The notes under the pieces: generated by a model
Seen by the model: only the letters and a program-made list of their open reading frames with translations
Databases searched by the model: none
What the model was told of the DNA's origin: nothing
Assembly (NCBI GenBank): GCA_951406725.2
Contig: OX597824.1
Coordinates: 39,308,001-39,372,000, forward strand
Reading direction: 5' to 3'
Origin: Octopus vulgaris
Taxonomy: Eukaryota
DNA: 64,000 nt
Part shown: positions 13,961 through 27,786 of the stretch, one piece after another
Numbering within the stretch: the first letter of the stretch is position 1
Layout of the letters: each line of letters opens with the position of its first letter
Translations under genes and position numbers: made by a program

Positions 13961-15532
13961 CATACATACACGCACACACATACATATATTTCTGTGTATG
14001 TATATGTACATGTGTATGTGTATGTGTATGTGAGTGTGTGTATTTATGTGTATCCCTACATATCTATGTCTATGTCTTTTCGCCATTCTTCCTCCTTGTA
14101 AAGATATGGCATTTGCTCATTAAACTTGCTTGCAGTATACCTGTGTATGTGCAGTCATTGTTTGCTAGAGTAAATGGATGTTTATAATTATTTATTTTGT
14201 TACATATGTGTATTATATAGTTATTTTTTATAAGAGGTCGATGTTCTCACGTTAGCGTTTAGTAACATATATTTGTGTCCAAAATGCATTTAAATTTTGA
14301 TTGCACATTCAATTGTATAAAAAGTATATTTATTTGCATGTTTATTGTATTGCGAGCGCTCGTTTTCCCTTTTTTGTTTTTGAGCATGTACAAAACAATG
14401 CGAGTGCCTGACATTGTACATTTGTCTGTAACTTTGCATGATAAGAAAGAATGTATATAATTACATTAAACGGTATTGATGATTAGATGCGAGTTGTTAC
14501 CTGAGGCACCAATTTTAAATCATTTATTTGTATTTTTATTTGAATCTAGTTATCTTATTACCGTTTTGTTTAATGAGAATCAACCCCGAAAAGGATAATT
14601 GGTTTTTTTTAAGAAGTGAAAATTCTTAATAGTGCTACTGTAGTTATTTGATCAACATATTTTCTGCGAGCTAAATTCTTCAAAACCGGCAAAGAAATTT
14701 GGTTAGAGGTTGTCTGATACTCATACCTTAGAACTTTTGGATAAATGAATAAATGATTTTTATTTCTCTATAATTTGTAACTTTTATATTTTTTAGTATA
14801 TGTCGAGTAAAATTAAGCAATATTAGCTAACAAATGTTTTTAAATGAATGAAAATGTTGAATTAAGAATTAGTATTTTAAATTGGACTACAATTTGGTTC
14901 CATGAACTTTTTATTGATTCTACACAAATAAAAAGTTTATTGGAAGCAAATTTGAGTGTTACGCTAAATATACAGAAACTAATGACTAGTTCAACAAGTT
15001 CAGTCTTGTTAAATACTTGTTGCTTGATAATGTTGGTCAGTAATTCCTCATGAAAACACAATACACGATTTCAAAAAACTTTTCAAAGTTCAACGTAAAT
15101 TAAACCTTGCAAATTGTTTTGCCTAGAGTGTTAGCGTCAAATTTCAACTTTGTGCAGGAGTCAGCATTGACACTTTCACGGAATCGATGTCTTATCAGCC
15201 CCAATATCATATAAATTTCTAAAATAAAATTAAAAAGTACGAGGTGGGCCAAATGACATGCACAAAGTAAGTTCGATACACTCCGAAACTTTCAAAGATA
15301 CGCTTCAATTATTCTAAAATGCAATTAAATAATGATGAATACACACGTACTTGTTCCATCCCATGCATGACACTAGGGGTATCTTTAATCATAGTCTCAT
15401 TTCAACCAATGATTTGTGTGTGAATTTTGTGAGACTAATACTAAGGAACAATGCTTGATATAAATAGATAGGCATATATACATATATTCATATACATGTG
15501 TTTATATGTATGCATGTCTCTCTCCCCCCCTC

Positions 15533-15583
<51 letters not shown>

Positions 15584-15679
15584 GTCTATCTATCTATCTA
15601 TCTATCTATCTAGCTAGCTAGCTAGCTAGCTAGTTATCTAACTATCAATCTATCTCTTTCTCTCTTGCACTCTCCGTCT

Positions 15680-15731
<52 letters not shown>

Positions 15732-15804
15732 ACACACTCTCATATATTTGTGTGGGGGTGTGTATGTATGTATGCATGTATGTATATGTGTATATGTATG
15801 TATG

Positions 15805-16935
15805 TATTCAAATTTATTTGGCAGAATTGAATTTTTTATGAATGCCTGTTTTTAAACTGATGACCCTCCATCAAGAAACAACTGCTGATAAAGCGAAGTA
15901 GTGTTTTACACACATGAAAGAAGCATTTCGTTTGGTATTTGCACGCATTTTTGTGGCATGCTTGCCCGAAATTCGACGAGTGTTGCCAATTTGCACCGTA
16001 CAGTTTATATTTTAAGTATCCCCATACAAGAAAACCAAATGACTTGATATACAGTGGACACGGTAAGTGTTCTGCTTCACCTCTTGGTGCAGTCCACCTG
16101 TTTGGCAGATTCTCATCTTAGTAGGTCCTTAGATTAGTAAGGTAGTGAGCGGGTTCCTCATCTTGCAGGAAATATAACTTTGCATCTGTAATATACTCAT
16201 GACGAATTGCCGCAATAAGTTCAAATAAATGAAACAGCCAAAATATGGCCCAGTTGACACTTTTGATAATCCACACCTTACTTTAACTCCTAGGAAAATA
16301 ACATGCTGTTCTTCTGCAATATGCGGATTCTCAAGTCTCCAGTAGTCACAACTACAGCAGTTAATTAAGCCATTTAATTTTAATGTAGCCTCATCATTGT
16401 AAACGACCCTTGTTAGAAAGAATGTATCTTCTGCACACCTCCCTACATAACAATCGCAGAGCTATACTCGTACATGGGTGGGCTATTTTTGGAATATGAC
16501 CATTCCAGTGACTGCGCTTCGAAATGCGATGGATGCTTGGTTTTTGTAAATCCTATTCTACGGCTCGCTTGCTGCACAGATTTTCTGAAACTCTGACAAT
16601 ACTTTTTTGTTATTCTTTATTGCTTTGTGCGGTTCGTCGATTTCTGCAGATTTCCAGAATGTTTCATGTGGACATTCTTAATAGTTCCGTCTAATCGAAA
16701 CTTAACTCCTATTCGAGTAATGGGAAGTCACGTAGATGGATTTGTTTGAAAGTCCCTCCTAAACTGAATTTGCTCTTTAACTACCATTTCATTACACAAC
16801 TAACACTTTCAGTTAAATTTCTTTTGCGCAAAGTCTTTTCTAGGGCTCTTTAGTTTTAATGGATTAAATATTAAAAAGGAACGAAAATCAAGTAGTCAAT
16901 CACTAAAATGTGTCTACATTATCTTGGGCACTCTA
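15805..16935 (-). mobile_element. Degenerate Tc1/mariner transposon, DD41D (rosa-like) type
   Basis: The minus strand around 16170-15995 reads FLQDEEPAHYLTNLRTY*DENLPNRWTAPRGEAEHLPCPLYIKSFGFLVWGYLKYKLY, a decayed QQDGAPxH..LPxRWIGR..PPRSPDLTPLDFFLWGYLK motif with 41-residue spacing. TIR-like end ta-tagagtgcccaag at about 16935. Confidence 0.7.
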
Positions 16936-17078
16936 TATATATCCATATACAAGCGCACATAAAACTCACAAACGCACGCACGCGCACACACACATATACA
17001 TGTGTATTTATGTTTATATATCGTAGATATGTATATCTTATATATATATATGTATGTTTGTATGTATACACACACACA

Positions 17079-17211
<133 letters not shown>

Positions 17212-17386
17212 CTGTTGTCTACTCTTTATTCAGAGTCTGACCACTTCTTGTACCTAAACCTTAGATTCATCATGGCGTCTGATGTAGCTTTTTAACCCGG
17301 ACAATATATTGAAAAGACACCCACATAGATTTCATATCCGATTTGGACCACCAAGAGCTGCAGTTAAGTTCTGATCTTTGTGCATG

Positions 17387-17448
<62 letters not shown>

Positions 17449-17880
17449 GTATATGTGTGTGTGAGAAAGAAAGCGGTCGTATATATGTTTGTATGTCTGT
17501 GTTTGTTCCCTAAGCATCGCTTGACAACCGATGTTAGTGTGATTACGTTCCCCGTAACATAGCGAAAGAATAAGTCCTGGGGTCGAGTTGTTCCACTAAA
17601 GTCGGTGCTCCAACATGGTCGCAGTCAAACGACTGAAACAAATGAATGTATAGAAGAATAAAAGAATATATAATCTCACCAACTTAAAGCTAATGTGTGG
17701 TGCAGAAATTAATGTTGCGTTCTACTGTTAAAGCCTGATATCCTCCATACTCATGTTATATTATTCTTTACGCATAGTATATATGTATATATATGTGTTT
17801 CTACGTATAGTATATATATATGCACATTTATATAATGTGACTATATATATGTATATATATACATAGATTTTTATACATAC

Positions 17881-17973
<93 letters not shown>

Positions 17974-19064
17974 ATATTATATGGGTGGTGTATGTTTATA
18001 TACGTGCGTATAAGGTAAATAAAATTTACTACATTACCTTCTTTTTCAGTTGTCTTCACATAGGTGATTGTTATATTCATGCATCGTTCTTCGAGATCGA
18101 TGATAATAAGTACGAGACTAGTACTGAGATCAATATAGTCGTCCTAACATGATCGTTTCCCTATTAGAGAAACTATCAAAATATGAAGTGTCCTAAAAGG
18201 AATTAAAAGAGAGACGTTGAGAGTTTTTCAATGCCCTGCTACCTAATTTTGGTTTTAAAAATCGATCAACAATTTCTGGAGTTGAGTTATATGGTTGTAA
18301 TTAAGCTTAGTTGTCTATAATTATTTTTGTTTCTACTTGTCTGTAATTGCCTGATATAAGAAAATGTAACCTTAGTGGTTACTTAGTCATTAATTATGTC
18401 TTGAAGTCTGCATTTATCTCACAAGTAGCTAGTACTTAGTAGTAAATACCATATATTTCTCATCCCTCCTTAGTCATTTTGTTTTTTTCTTTTTACGTTG
18501 CTACATTCATATCGGAAACTAAAAACCGTTGCAGCTTGAACGGTAATGCATAGATTAGATTTAAATGAATTATGTTTGGATAAGGACATTGTACTTAAAT
18601 TTTATCCTGTTTAAAAGCACTTTTTGACTCTTGGGTTTATTTAACTGATTCCATGTCTTGCAAATCGTCTGGTCATGTCATCAGGCTTATATTAACTTTT
18701 ATTTCCTAGCAGTTTTAGAGGTTTGAAAGTGAAACGAATGTTCCGTTTCTTCCAACATACCATAAAACACTAAATAAATAAAACATTGTGAGAACATTAA
18801 GCAAACTTGTATTGGGATTTGCTATTTACCTTAAACTTGAGATGTAGTTCAGCAGTGTACTATTGATGGATCTAGATTTAATGTTTGATATAAACCTCTT
18901 CTGTGTCACGAACCATCGAACCGTATAAAAAGTTATCTATTATCGACAACATTGAAGAGTCAGACTTTTGCTCCCATAAACGAGTAACTCTCCTGAAAAG
19001 TATGTTAACACACACATCACGCACACTCACACAGACACACATATACATGCATGCCTATATATAA

Positions 19065-19095
<31 letters not shown>

Positions 19096-19322
19096 TGTAT
19101 ATGTATGTATAAGAAAATTTCTATTTGCAAATCTCTCCACAAGTGACAGTTAGTAACAGTACTCTAGAGTAACGATTATTTGCCAACATAGCGTAGCAGT
19201 CGAATATTAGTGTTATTTAACACCAGGAAAGATCGTCTCCAGCTGGCTATACGATGCACAATCTGTTTCCTTATATTTTCGAAAAATGTATAAATATAAA
19301 TATATATATATATATATATATA

Positions 19323-19365
<43 letters not shown>

Positions 19366-19370
19366 GAGAG

Positions 19371-20051
19371 AGGTAATGGTGTCAGTAGGACCCAAATGTT
19401 TCAGGTAATGATGAATAACTACTATGGATAGACCATAGTTAAGCTCCAGGTTCGGTGATTATGCGAATATGGATTTTTTTCTCTTTTCTGTATTCCTCTC
19501 TTTCTGTTTTCGATTTGACCTTACAAACACATTCCCTACTTTTAGGTCACATTAAATAAAATCCTCGATTCAATAGCACTGTGTATAAACTCTATACTTG
19601 GAATGACCAATTTATATACCATTGGAATTTACTCACAAGGTATTGGAATCTTATATGTATCCAATTCTGCTTAAATAATGGATCTACAAATGCAATATCC
19701 CTGCAATTCTCACATCTATTTTCATTCTTCCACTTCACTCTCTATTTCATATCTGATCTAAATTAACTATTGCTTAACCACTTTCTCACACGTCCCAGAT
19801 GAAGGGATATAATAAATATCCTGGAAACAGCTGTAAGACCTTCTATTCATAAATGTTCTAAAATCTTCACAGCTTTGGTTTTTTATCTCATTCGGAAAAA
19901 AAAGTTTTTTTTATATATACACATGCTGATATATGACCTACGTTGGACTTCTTATTTGCATAATCACCGAACCTGGAACTTAACTGTGGTCTCTCCATAG
20001 CACTTACTCAGCATTACCTGACACCTTTGGGTCTTATTGACACCATTACCT
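19371..20051. mobile_element. Foldback element: about 100-bp inverted arms (19371-19469 / 19953-20051) enclosing a hammerhead-like motif
   Basis: Arms aggtaatggtgtca..caggttcggtgattatgc and gcataatcaccgaacctg..tgacaccattacct. Internal CAGATGA-a-gggatat-aataa-atatcct-g-GAAA-cagctg-TA at 19796-19835. Confidence 0.7.
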
Positions 20052-20057
20052 ATAATA

Positions 20058-20153
<96 letters not shown>

Positions 20154-21043
20154 GCACAGTTCCGGGAAAAGATAATGGTCAAGAGTCTGCGGTGCAGCTG
20201 CTCAATCTGGAGAAGGTGTTACTTCCAACAGGATCTTAGCCATATGTTTACAACGCTGAAAATTTCAGAACTAGAACTCTTAGATTTGAAAAGAATCTGA
20301 GTTCTTTCAGCCACGCATAGCTTACATCCGTTAAGTCACGGTGTGGATTTTTAGAAAGTTTTCCGCTTTGTCGTATATGGAATAGCGTTCGACTTCAAAT
20401 CCTATACGTAGCTAGCCAATGTAGTAGCTTTACTTTTCACCCAGTGTCGGAAAGAAGATATGTGATTAGCATAGCGACTTTGGAAGTCGCCTTCATATAG
20501 TCCACATGTGTGTGTGTGGATGGGGGTGTATGTGTGTGTGAGAGAGCGAGGTAACATTTTCAAATGATCTGTCATTTATTACCCATTGATGGCAGAATTT
20601 GATGGAAATGAAGATTAAAAGCGAAACATTTTATTGCAAGTATACGAAACGGTTTCCTTTGCAATCATTGTTATATAGAGTTCTACCAAACTAATCATGT
20701 TGCATGTAAAATGGATCGGGTTCAGAAGTGAGGGTAACATGAATATCACCATGTCGTCTAAGTTATATTGCATCGTTTACGATACAACAAAATATGTGTT
20801 ACACACATATATACTCAGTCATAAACCCACATACATACAATCTATTCAAAGTTTAGATTAATGCATTGAACAGTCTACACTCAAGGTATTACTAACGTAC
20901 TTACAATCAAATATATATATATATATAAATACCTGAAAAAGCGTGTGCATGTACGTATATGTGTGTAAGTGTGTGGATGTGTGTGTATGTGCGTGTGTGT
21001 TTGTATGTTTATAAATACTGATAGATGGACAGATATCTGTATT

Positions 21044-21075
<32 letters not shown>

Positions 21076-21349
21076 AGCATATATTGATATATATGCGCGG
21101 GTGCGTTTTCATTTATACATATTCAGTCTTATGAATATACATTAACACATCGGAATACGAGCACACTCACACTCACACACACAGAGACACACACACACAA
21201 ACACACACACATATGTAAAGATACACATACATACATATATATATATATATGTATGTATATATGTATATATACATATATGTATATATATACACACACACAC
21301 ATATATACATACACACAGACGCAGACACACACAGACGCACGCACACACA

Positions 21350-21395
<46 letters not shown>

Positions 21396-22229
21396 CATAC
21401 ATATATACATACATACATATATTCGTACATACATTCTTACCCTTAAACATCTCGCCAGAAATACGCATTCACTGACATTACCATTTGTAATATTTCTCCA
21501 ATGAACGTATTAAATATCTTCAGTAATAATCAGCATGCATTTTGTTGTCACGAAAGTAGCAACCCACCTGATTTGCTTCATAATCTAATTAAGCATATCA
21601 AAGTACTTTCCAGGCATACGGCATACGTATAATAGCATTTAGGATTTCAAATGGGAACACCAACGAATCACTTTCATCCTGTTATATTTGCTCTATAGAA
21701 GCTTCCTTGCAAGCCCTTTAGTACCCTTTTGGCTGACTGATGTTTCTTTGTTTCCATTATTAAGGTAATAGATGGAATTGCAGGCCCTTCATAATGCTGA
21801 TTCTCATTTTCAGATCTGGAATATTCGTGTATCAAACATTGATCCATGGATGAAATATGAAATGGTTGAAGCTCATGATGCATCACGTGAAGCAGAAAAT
21901 TTCATTGAATTATATGTAAACAAATTTAACAAAACTTCCTACTCCATGTTTTCAAAAACAATGAGTAAATATTTGAAATATTTGGTTTCTTACCCGACAA
22001 GTGTTTTTACTTAAAAATTCGCAACTTCTGTTGTATTCATAAAATTTAGGACTTAGATTTAGGTCCTGTTGTTAACTCCCCTCAGACTAAAAGTGGTTAA
22101 TTTCTCTTGTATTCTGATGTCTTACATATTTTGTTTTTCCTATATCTGTCCTGTAAGGAATATTCAAGGCAAAGTATACCAAAATTGAAAGGTGAATGTC
22201 AAATCTGTTAAGAACTTTATTATCGTAAA

Positions 22230-22720
22230 ATTTTTGACAGACATTACTGTTGTGATTAAAAAGCTATAAAATTTTTATTTTATAACAGTAACAATTTTGA
22301 CCTAATACTTCTGTTGTTGCAATTTAAGTATTGTTGCTATTAAAGTGTCATTTCTATTTTATTGTTGCGATTAAAACATTTAAAAAAAAATATTATTGCG
22401 ATTAAAATGCTTATAAAATATTATACAAATTCTGACCCTATACAACTGTTGTGGCTTTTAAATTTTTCTATCTATTAAATTATCGGTGTTATTAAAATGT
22501 AATTATTAAATTGATGCTATTAAAATGTAGTTGCAAGCGCTACTAAAACGTTAAAAATTTTTGACTGTATACACTTTTTGTTGGTATTACAACGTTGCCA
22601 TTAAATTGTTGTTGCTATTAAAATCTTGTTAAAATGCTATTAAAATGCCATTAAAATTCTACAACTGCAAGAATTTTAACCCTATACTATTGTTGATGCT
22701 ATTTAATCGCCCAAAAAATA
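22230..22720. repeat. Degenerate minisatellite, period about 120-135 bp, with tgctattaaaa subrepeats
   Basis: A recurring aattttgaccctatac-like anchor near 22293, 22428, 22556 and 22672. Confidence 0.65.
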
Positions 22721-23296
22721 TCTAATCAAGCAAGTCTACAATCATTTGTGTACAAATGTGTCTCTTATATTTTTGGCCATCACATGGAAGCGAAGATGAC
22801 TTATCAGGATGTACCATGTTTTCAGTGTCTATATCGTTGAGAGCAAACAATTTTCGAACTTCCAGCATAAAACCCAGTGAGATATCCATGTGTAACTACT
22901 GGAGATAGAAGGGACAGTATATGCCCTGTGCTGGTATACATTTCAAATGAGTAAACTGAAGGAACATGAAATGAAATACGTGGTCTGAAGAACGCAATGC
23001 TAGAGTCAAAACTAGAGTCAGATCCTTGAACTTATGATGGGGACTCCAACACTCTTACCACGAGGCCTCATTTTGCAACTATTGTGTAGCTAAGACTACA
23101 TAATAAAAATTTGTTTTCTATGCATAAAAGATACGGTTGCGATTTGCAATATTTTATCGCTCTTTGCTATAAAGTAATGGTTAATTCTTTCTCGTTGGAT
23201 CCTAAATCATCTACGTGCTAGAAAAAATATTGTGGGGTATTTTCGATGTGTACTATTATACGTTTATTCTTTCATGTCATAAATTATATCTATCTA

Positions 23297-23389
<93 letters not shown>

Positions 23390-23406
23390 ATATCTATCTA
23401 TCTATG

Positions 23407-23575
23407 ATTTGGTATGGTTTCTACGGCTGGATGCCCTTCCTAGCGCCAGCCAATCCGAGAGTGTAGTGGATGCTTTAACGTATCACAAGCAAGGGAGCTA
23501 GTCACGTGAGACCGGCATCGGCAACATTGCCTCCGTGAGGCCCAACGCTTGAATGGTGCTTTTCACGTGCCACCA
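23407..23575 (-). mobile_element. Fragment of a further SINE/LINE-tail repeat
   Basis: ggctggcgctaggaagggcatccagccgtagaaacc on the minus strand, a motif resembling one widespread in metazoan SINEs. Confidence 0.5.
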
Positions 23576-23672
23576 TATATATATGCAGATAGATAGGCGC
23601 AGGTGTGGCTGTATAGTAAGATGTTTGCTTTCCAACCACATGGTTCCGGGTTCAGTCCCACTGCGTGGCACC

Positions 23673-23795
23673 TACAGACTTTCTCAATATCAGGAAAGAC
23701 ATGCTGTAGCACGTCAGATGCAGTCTCAGTACAGATGGGAGATGAAACTTTACCAAGAACAGCAAATTTATGTTGCAGCACATCAAATGGAGTCT

Positions 23796-23838
<43 letters not shown>

Positions 23839-23892
23839 CACACACACAAACTATACCATCTTAATCCTGAGCAACGCCGGGTATCTCTGCTA
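23673..23892 (+). mobile_element. Helitron fragment interrupting a SINE B head (23596-23672)
   Basis: The 3' hairpin cctgagcaacgccggg..tgcta is essentially identical to the 3' end of the Helitron at 48973-49000. Internal duplicated tg.tg.agcac.tca.atg.agtctca unit. Confidence 0.55.
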
Positions 23893-24170
23893 TGTATGTA
23901 TGTATGTATGTATGTATGTATGTATGTATGAACGTATGTATTATGTAGATCAAGATTAAAATGAATCAAGCATCTAAAAGGTGAAGCCCCGGGTGGGGTC
24001 GAAAATTAAAATGACTGCAGAAGAAAAGTAGACGAATACATACGCGGGTACCGAATTACAGACACAATGGTACATGTGCCGTTGGCTTTTGAATGTCTTA
24101 AATTTTGTGGCTCATGTATTCACCTAATGAAAACGTTTTTTTTTTCCAATAAATAACTAAAAATTCATTG

Positions 24171-24229
24171 GAGATAGTTAATGTGTCAGTTCTCTACAGC
24201 TAATAGAGAACTGACACATTAACTATCTC
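24171..24229. repeat. Perfect 26-bp inverted repeat with 7-nt loop
   Basis: gagatagttaatgtgtcagttctcta-cagctaa-tagagaactgacacattaactatctc. Confidence 0.95.
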
Positions 24230-24694
24230 TTCTTATGTATGTTTGTATGTATCTATGTATGTATATATGTATGTGTATATATTTATCTTTCATGGCATCG
24301 CTAGGCAATCTGACAAATACATACAATGGCGTAGTTTCGAAGTCTCTATCAATATTCTGAGAAACACGACGATGAAAACCACGTTACATTTAAAAACCAT
24401 AAACAACAATATATTTTGAAAATGTACATTTGTTCTCATCATTTGTAAATTTGGTTTCGTGGAACAATGAATATTAGATGTAGCAAGGAAATCGCTTTTA
24501 AGAAGATTTATTTTTAAAAGACATGTGAATAGGAAACTAAGAACTATAAAAGGGTTTTATAAAACAATTGTCGGACAGGAAATGCAGATAAAATGGGAGA
24601 TAATGGTAAAAGACTAAAAGGAGAATTTACTTCAAACACAAAATATGGAAGTGTACATTCATATTATCCAAATTATACATGTATTGTATGTGTG

Positions 24695-24759
<65 letters not shown>

Positions 24760-24862
24760 TTATATATATATTTACATTTATATATATATATATATTATAT
24801 TTATATATTTATATATATACATGTATATGTGTGTATATATATATATGTACGTACAGATATGT

Positions 24863-24897
<35 letters not shown>

Positions 24898-25299
24898 TTT
24901 CATGCACATGTATATACATATGTCTGTCCCTGAGTGTGTCTGTATGCATGCTTATGTAAGTGTGCTTGTGTCACATGCATACATACAGAGTGTAAGAGGG
25001 ACAGAGAGAGAGAATGGGGAAGAAAGAGAGGGAGATGGTGTTTATCAGAATACAATTTATTCTAGTAATATTAGTATCCAGATTCTTTATATCAATAACG
25101 GGGCATACACTTTCGAAAATAGAACATCAAATGTTTTTTTCGATATTTGCTGATATTTAATTAGGTACTTCTGAAATATTTCGAAGAAGGACTAAAAGTG
25201 GTCGACAACACAATGTATCGAAGCAGTTCTTCTGTTCTAAAAATGAATGATAATACATATTTGCATGCATAACTGTCTTTCGTTGAGTTTCTCATACAC

Positions 25300-25805
25300 G
25301 TCGGCGAGTTGGCAAAAACGTTAGCACGCCGGGCGAAATGCTTAGCGGTATTTCGCCTGTCGTTACGTTCTGAGTTCAAATTCCGCCGAGGTCGACTTTG
25401 CCTTTCATCCTTTCGGGGTCGATAAATTAAGTACCAGTTACGCACTGGGGTCGATATAATCGACTTAATCCGTCTGTCTGTCCTTGTTTGTCTCCTCTGT
25501 GTTTAGCCCCTTGTGGGTAATAAAGAAATAGGTATTTCGCCTGCCGCTACGTTCTAAGTTCTCATTCCACCGAGGTCGACTTTGCCGTTTATCCTTTCGG
25601 GGTCGATAAATTAAGTGCCAGATAAATATTAGGGTCGATATAATCGACTTAATACGTTTGTCTGTCCTTGTTTGTCCCATCTGTGTTTAGCCCCTTGTGG
25701 GTAGTAAAGAAATAGGTATTTCGTCTGCCTTCATGTTCTGAGTTCAAATTCTGCCTAGGTTGAATTTGCCTTTCATCCTTTCGGGGTCGATAAATTAAGT
25801 ACCAG
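25300..25805 (+). mobile_element. Head-to-tail array of three SINE family A units
   Basis: Full unit 25300-25530, then 5'-truncated units starting ggtatttcg at 25531 and 25715. Confidence 0.9.
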
Positions 25806-26819
25806 CTTCGGTCGGCCCGGAGTTGTAGTAGAGGATACCTGACCAAGGTCCCACACCGTGGGACTGAACCTGCAACCAAGCAGTTGAAAAGCATGCATGC
25901 ATACATACATACATACATACATACATACATACATACATACATACATACATACATACATGTAGCGTATTGAAAAGGAATTTTAACAACAATACGCTACATG
26001 CAGCGTATTGTTGTTAAAATTCATTTGCCATAAATTGGTTATATTTTTTCAATATGCAGCATATTTAAACATTTTTTCTGTACAATTTCTATTCATATTT
26101 AATTGTAAACATATTTGATCATTTTAACATCGAATGTTTAGGAGGGACAATTCCAGTAAAATAGGAATCAAAGGTAGATAAAAAAAAATGATTGAAGAAC
26201 TCTGCTCTAAATCTACAGCAGACGTAAGTCTAAAAGAAGGTTTAACCCTGAAAAGCGTCATAGATGAAGAATGCACACGGACACCCACAAACACTCACAC
26301 AAGTTATCACACGAGCGTACGACACATGCACACACATACACACGCGGGCGTACACACACATATACACACATAACTCCCCCCCCCCCCCTGCACAAACCTT
26401 TCGTTTATTCCCATCCTAACCCGCCCCCTAATTACCTACACACAAGGACAAGCTGCCATACACACAGACGCAAGACCAGTTATCAGACGGGTGATACCAG
26501 CCTTCGAAACGTGTTGGTATGTGACGGTCACGGAAAAGGTTGCGATTGCCATCGAAAGAAATTTGATGAACAAAGAAAAAGAAAGAGAAATCTAAAAGAA
26601 AAAGTACGATTAACTTTTTAACCTGGAAGTCAAGCAAACGATCGATCAGTTAGTTGGATATCCATCTAATCAATTAACTATTAATAAAGAAGTAGAATTG
26701 AACCTGTGCGTGTGTTATTATTGGTGTAATGACTCTTTCAATACGTAACAAAGCATTATATCTACATACATTCATACATACATACATAGGGCAAAATCGT
26801 AGCTATGTGGTGAGAATAG

Positions 26820-27220
26820 GGCACAGGCGTGGCTTTATTGTAAGAAGCTTGCTTCCCAACAACATGGTTCCAGGTTCAGTCCCACTGTGTGACGCTATGG
26901 GCAAGTGTCTTCTACTATAGACTCGGGCCCACCAAAGCCTTGTGAGTGGATTTGGTAAATGGAAACTAAAAGAATCTTGTCGTATGTATACGAGAGTGTG
27001 TGTGTACGCGTGCTTTTGTGTTTGTCCACCCACCACCGCTTGACAACCAGTGTTGTGCTTACGTTCTCGTAACTTAGCGGTTCAGCAAATAAACCGATAG
27101 AATAAGTACTAGGCTGAAAAAATAAGTCTTTGGGGCGATTTGTTCGACTAAAACCCTTCAAGGTGGTGCTGCAGCATGGCCACAGTCAAACGACTGAAAC
27201 CAATAAAACAAAAAAAAGAA
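26820..27220 (+). mobile_element. Full-length SINE family B (tRNA-derived, CORE-like)
   Basis: B-box ggttcagtccc, CORE-like tgggcaagtgtcttctactatag, central (TG)n, tail gcatggcc.cagtcaaa.gactgaaac. Confidence 0.85.
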
Positions 27221-27242
27221 TACATACATATACATATATTTT

Positions 27243-27720
27243 CAAGATTAAATAGGATGAAGACAACAAACGGAAAATTCGACATACCCGTATATAATTT
27301 TAAAATTAAACAAACGAACATATACTAAATACACAGGCGAACAGAAAACAAGGAGGTCACCAACTCCTCATCAGTTATTCGCCAGAAGGTCAAACGCAAT
27401 TTCGCCCATTCGAAATTGTGTTTGAGTATTTAGTGTATGTTCGTTTGTTTATTTACTACACGTTTTCTTTAGCTATATATATAGATATATGCTTTCGATC
27501 TAGTTTGGATTCTTTGCCATCAAATTTGAATTCTTTGCAATCAAATTTGAATTCTTTGCAAACAAATTTGATTGCAAAAAATTCAAATTTGATTGCAAAG
27601 AATTCAAATTTATGGCAAAGTTTTCAAATTTGATGGCAACGAAATCAAACTAGATCGAAAATATCTATATATATATAGGTATGTCGAATTTTTCGTTTGT
27701 TGTCTTTTTATTTAATCCTG
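27243..27720. mobile_element. Nested inverted-repeat structure containing a foldback MITE (27493-27660) built of 21-bp subrepeats
   Basis: Outer IR 27243-27288 / 27678-27720. Inner IR 27308-27332 / 27426-27450. MITE ends tttcgatctagtttg / caaactagatcgaaa with tttgcaatcaaatttgaattc units mirrored about 27566. Confidence 0.85.
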
Positions 27721-27786
27721 TAAATATTTTAAAATATTGTTTATATAACGCATGCACTCCTTAATTTTTCCCCACCCAAATACATA

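Noticed and set aside
25161-25954. Recurring peptide YLIYRPRKDERQSRPRRNLNSER (also 8027, 52436) and MVPGSVPLRGTLGKCLL elsewhere
   Set aside because: Incidental translations of SINE A and SINE B sequence.
27340-27380. Minus-strand CTGATGA-ggag..ctcc as a hammerhead (similar at 57500)
   Set aside because: Stem II forms but is not followed by GAAA.
27513-27640. CRISPR-like array of 21-bp repeats
   Set aside because: No unique spacers, the repeats invert at the centre, eukaryotic context, no cas genes.
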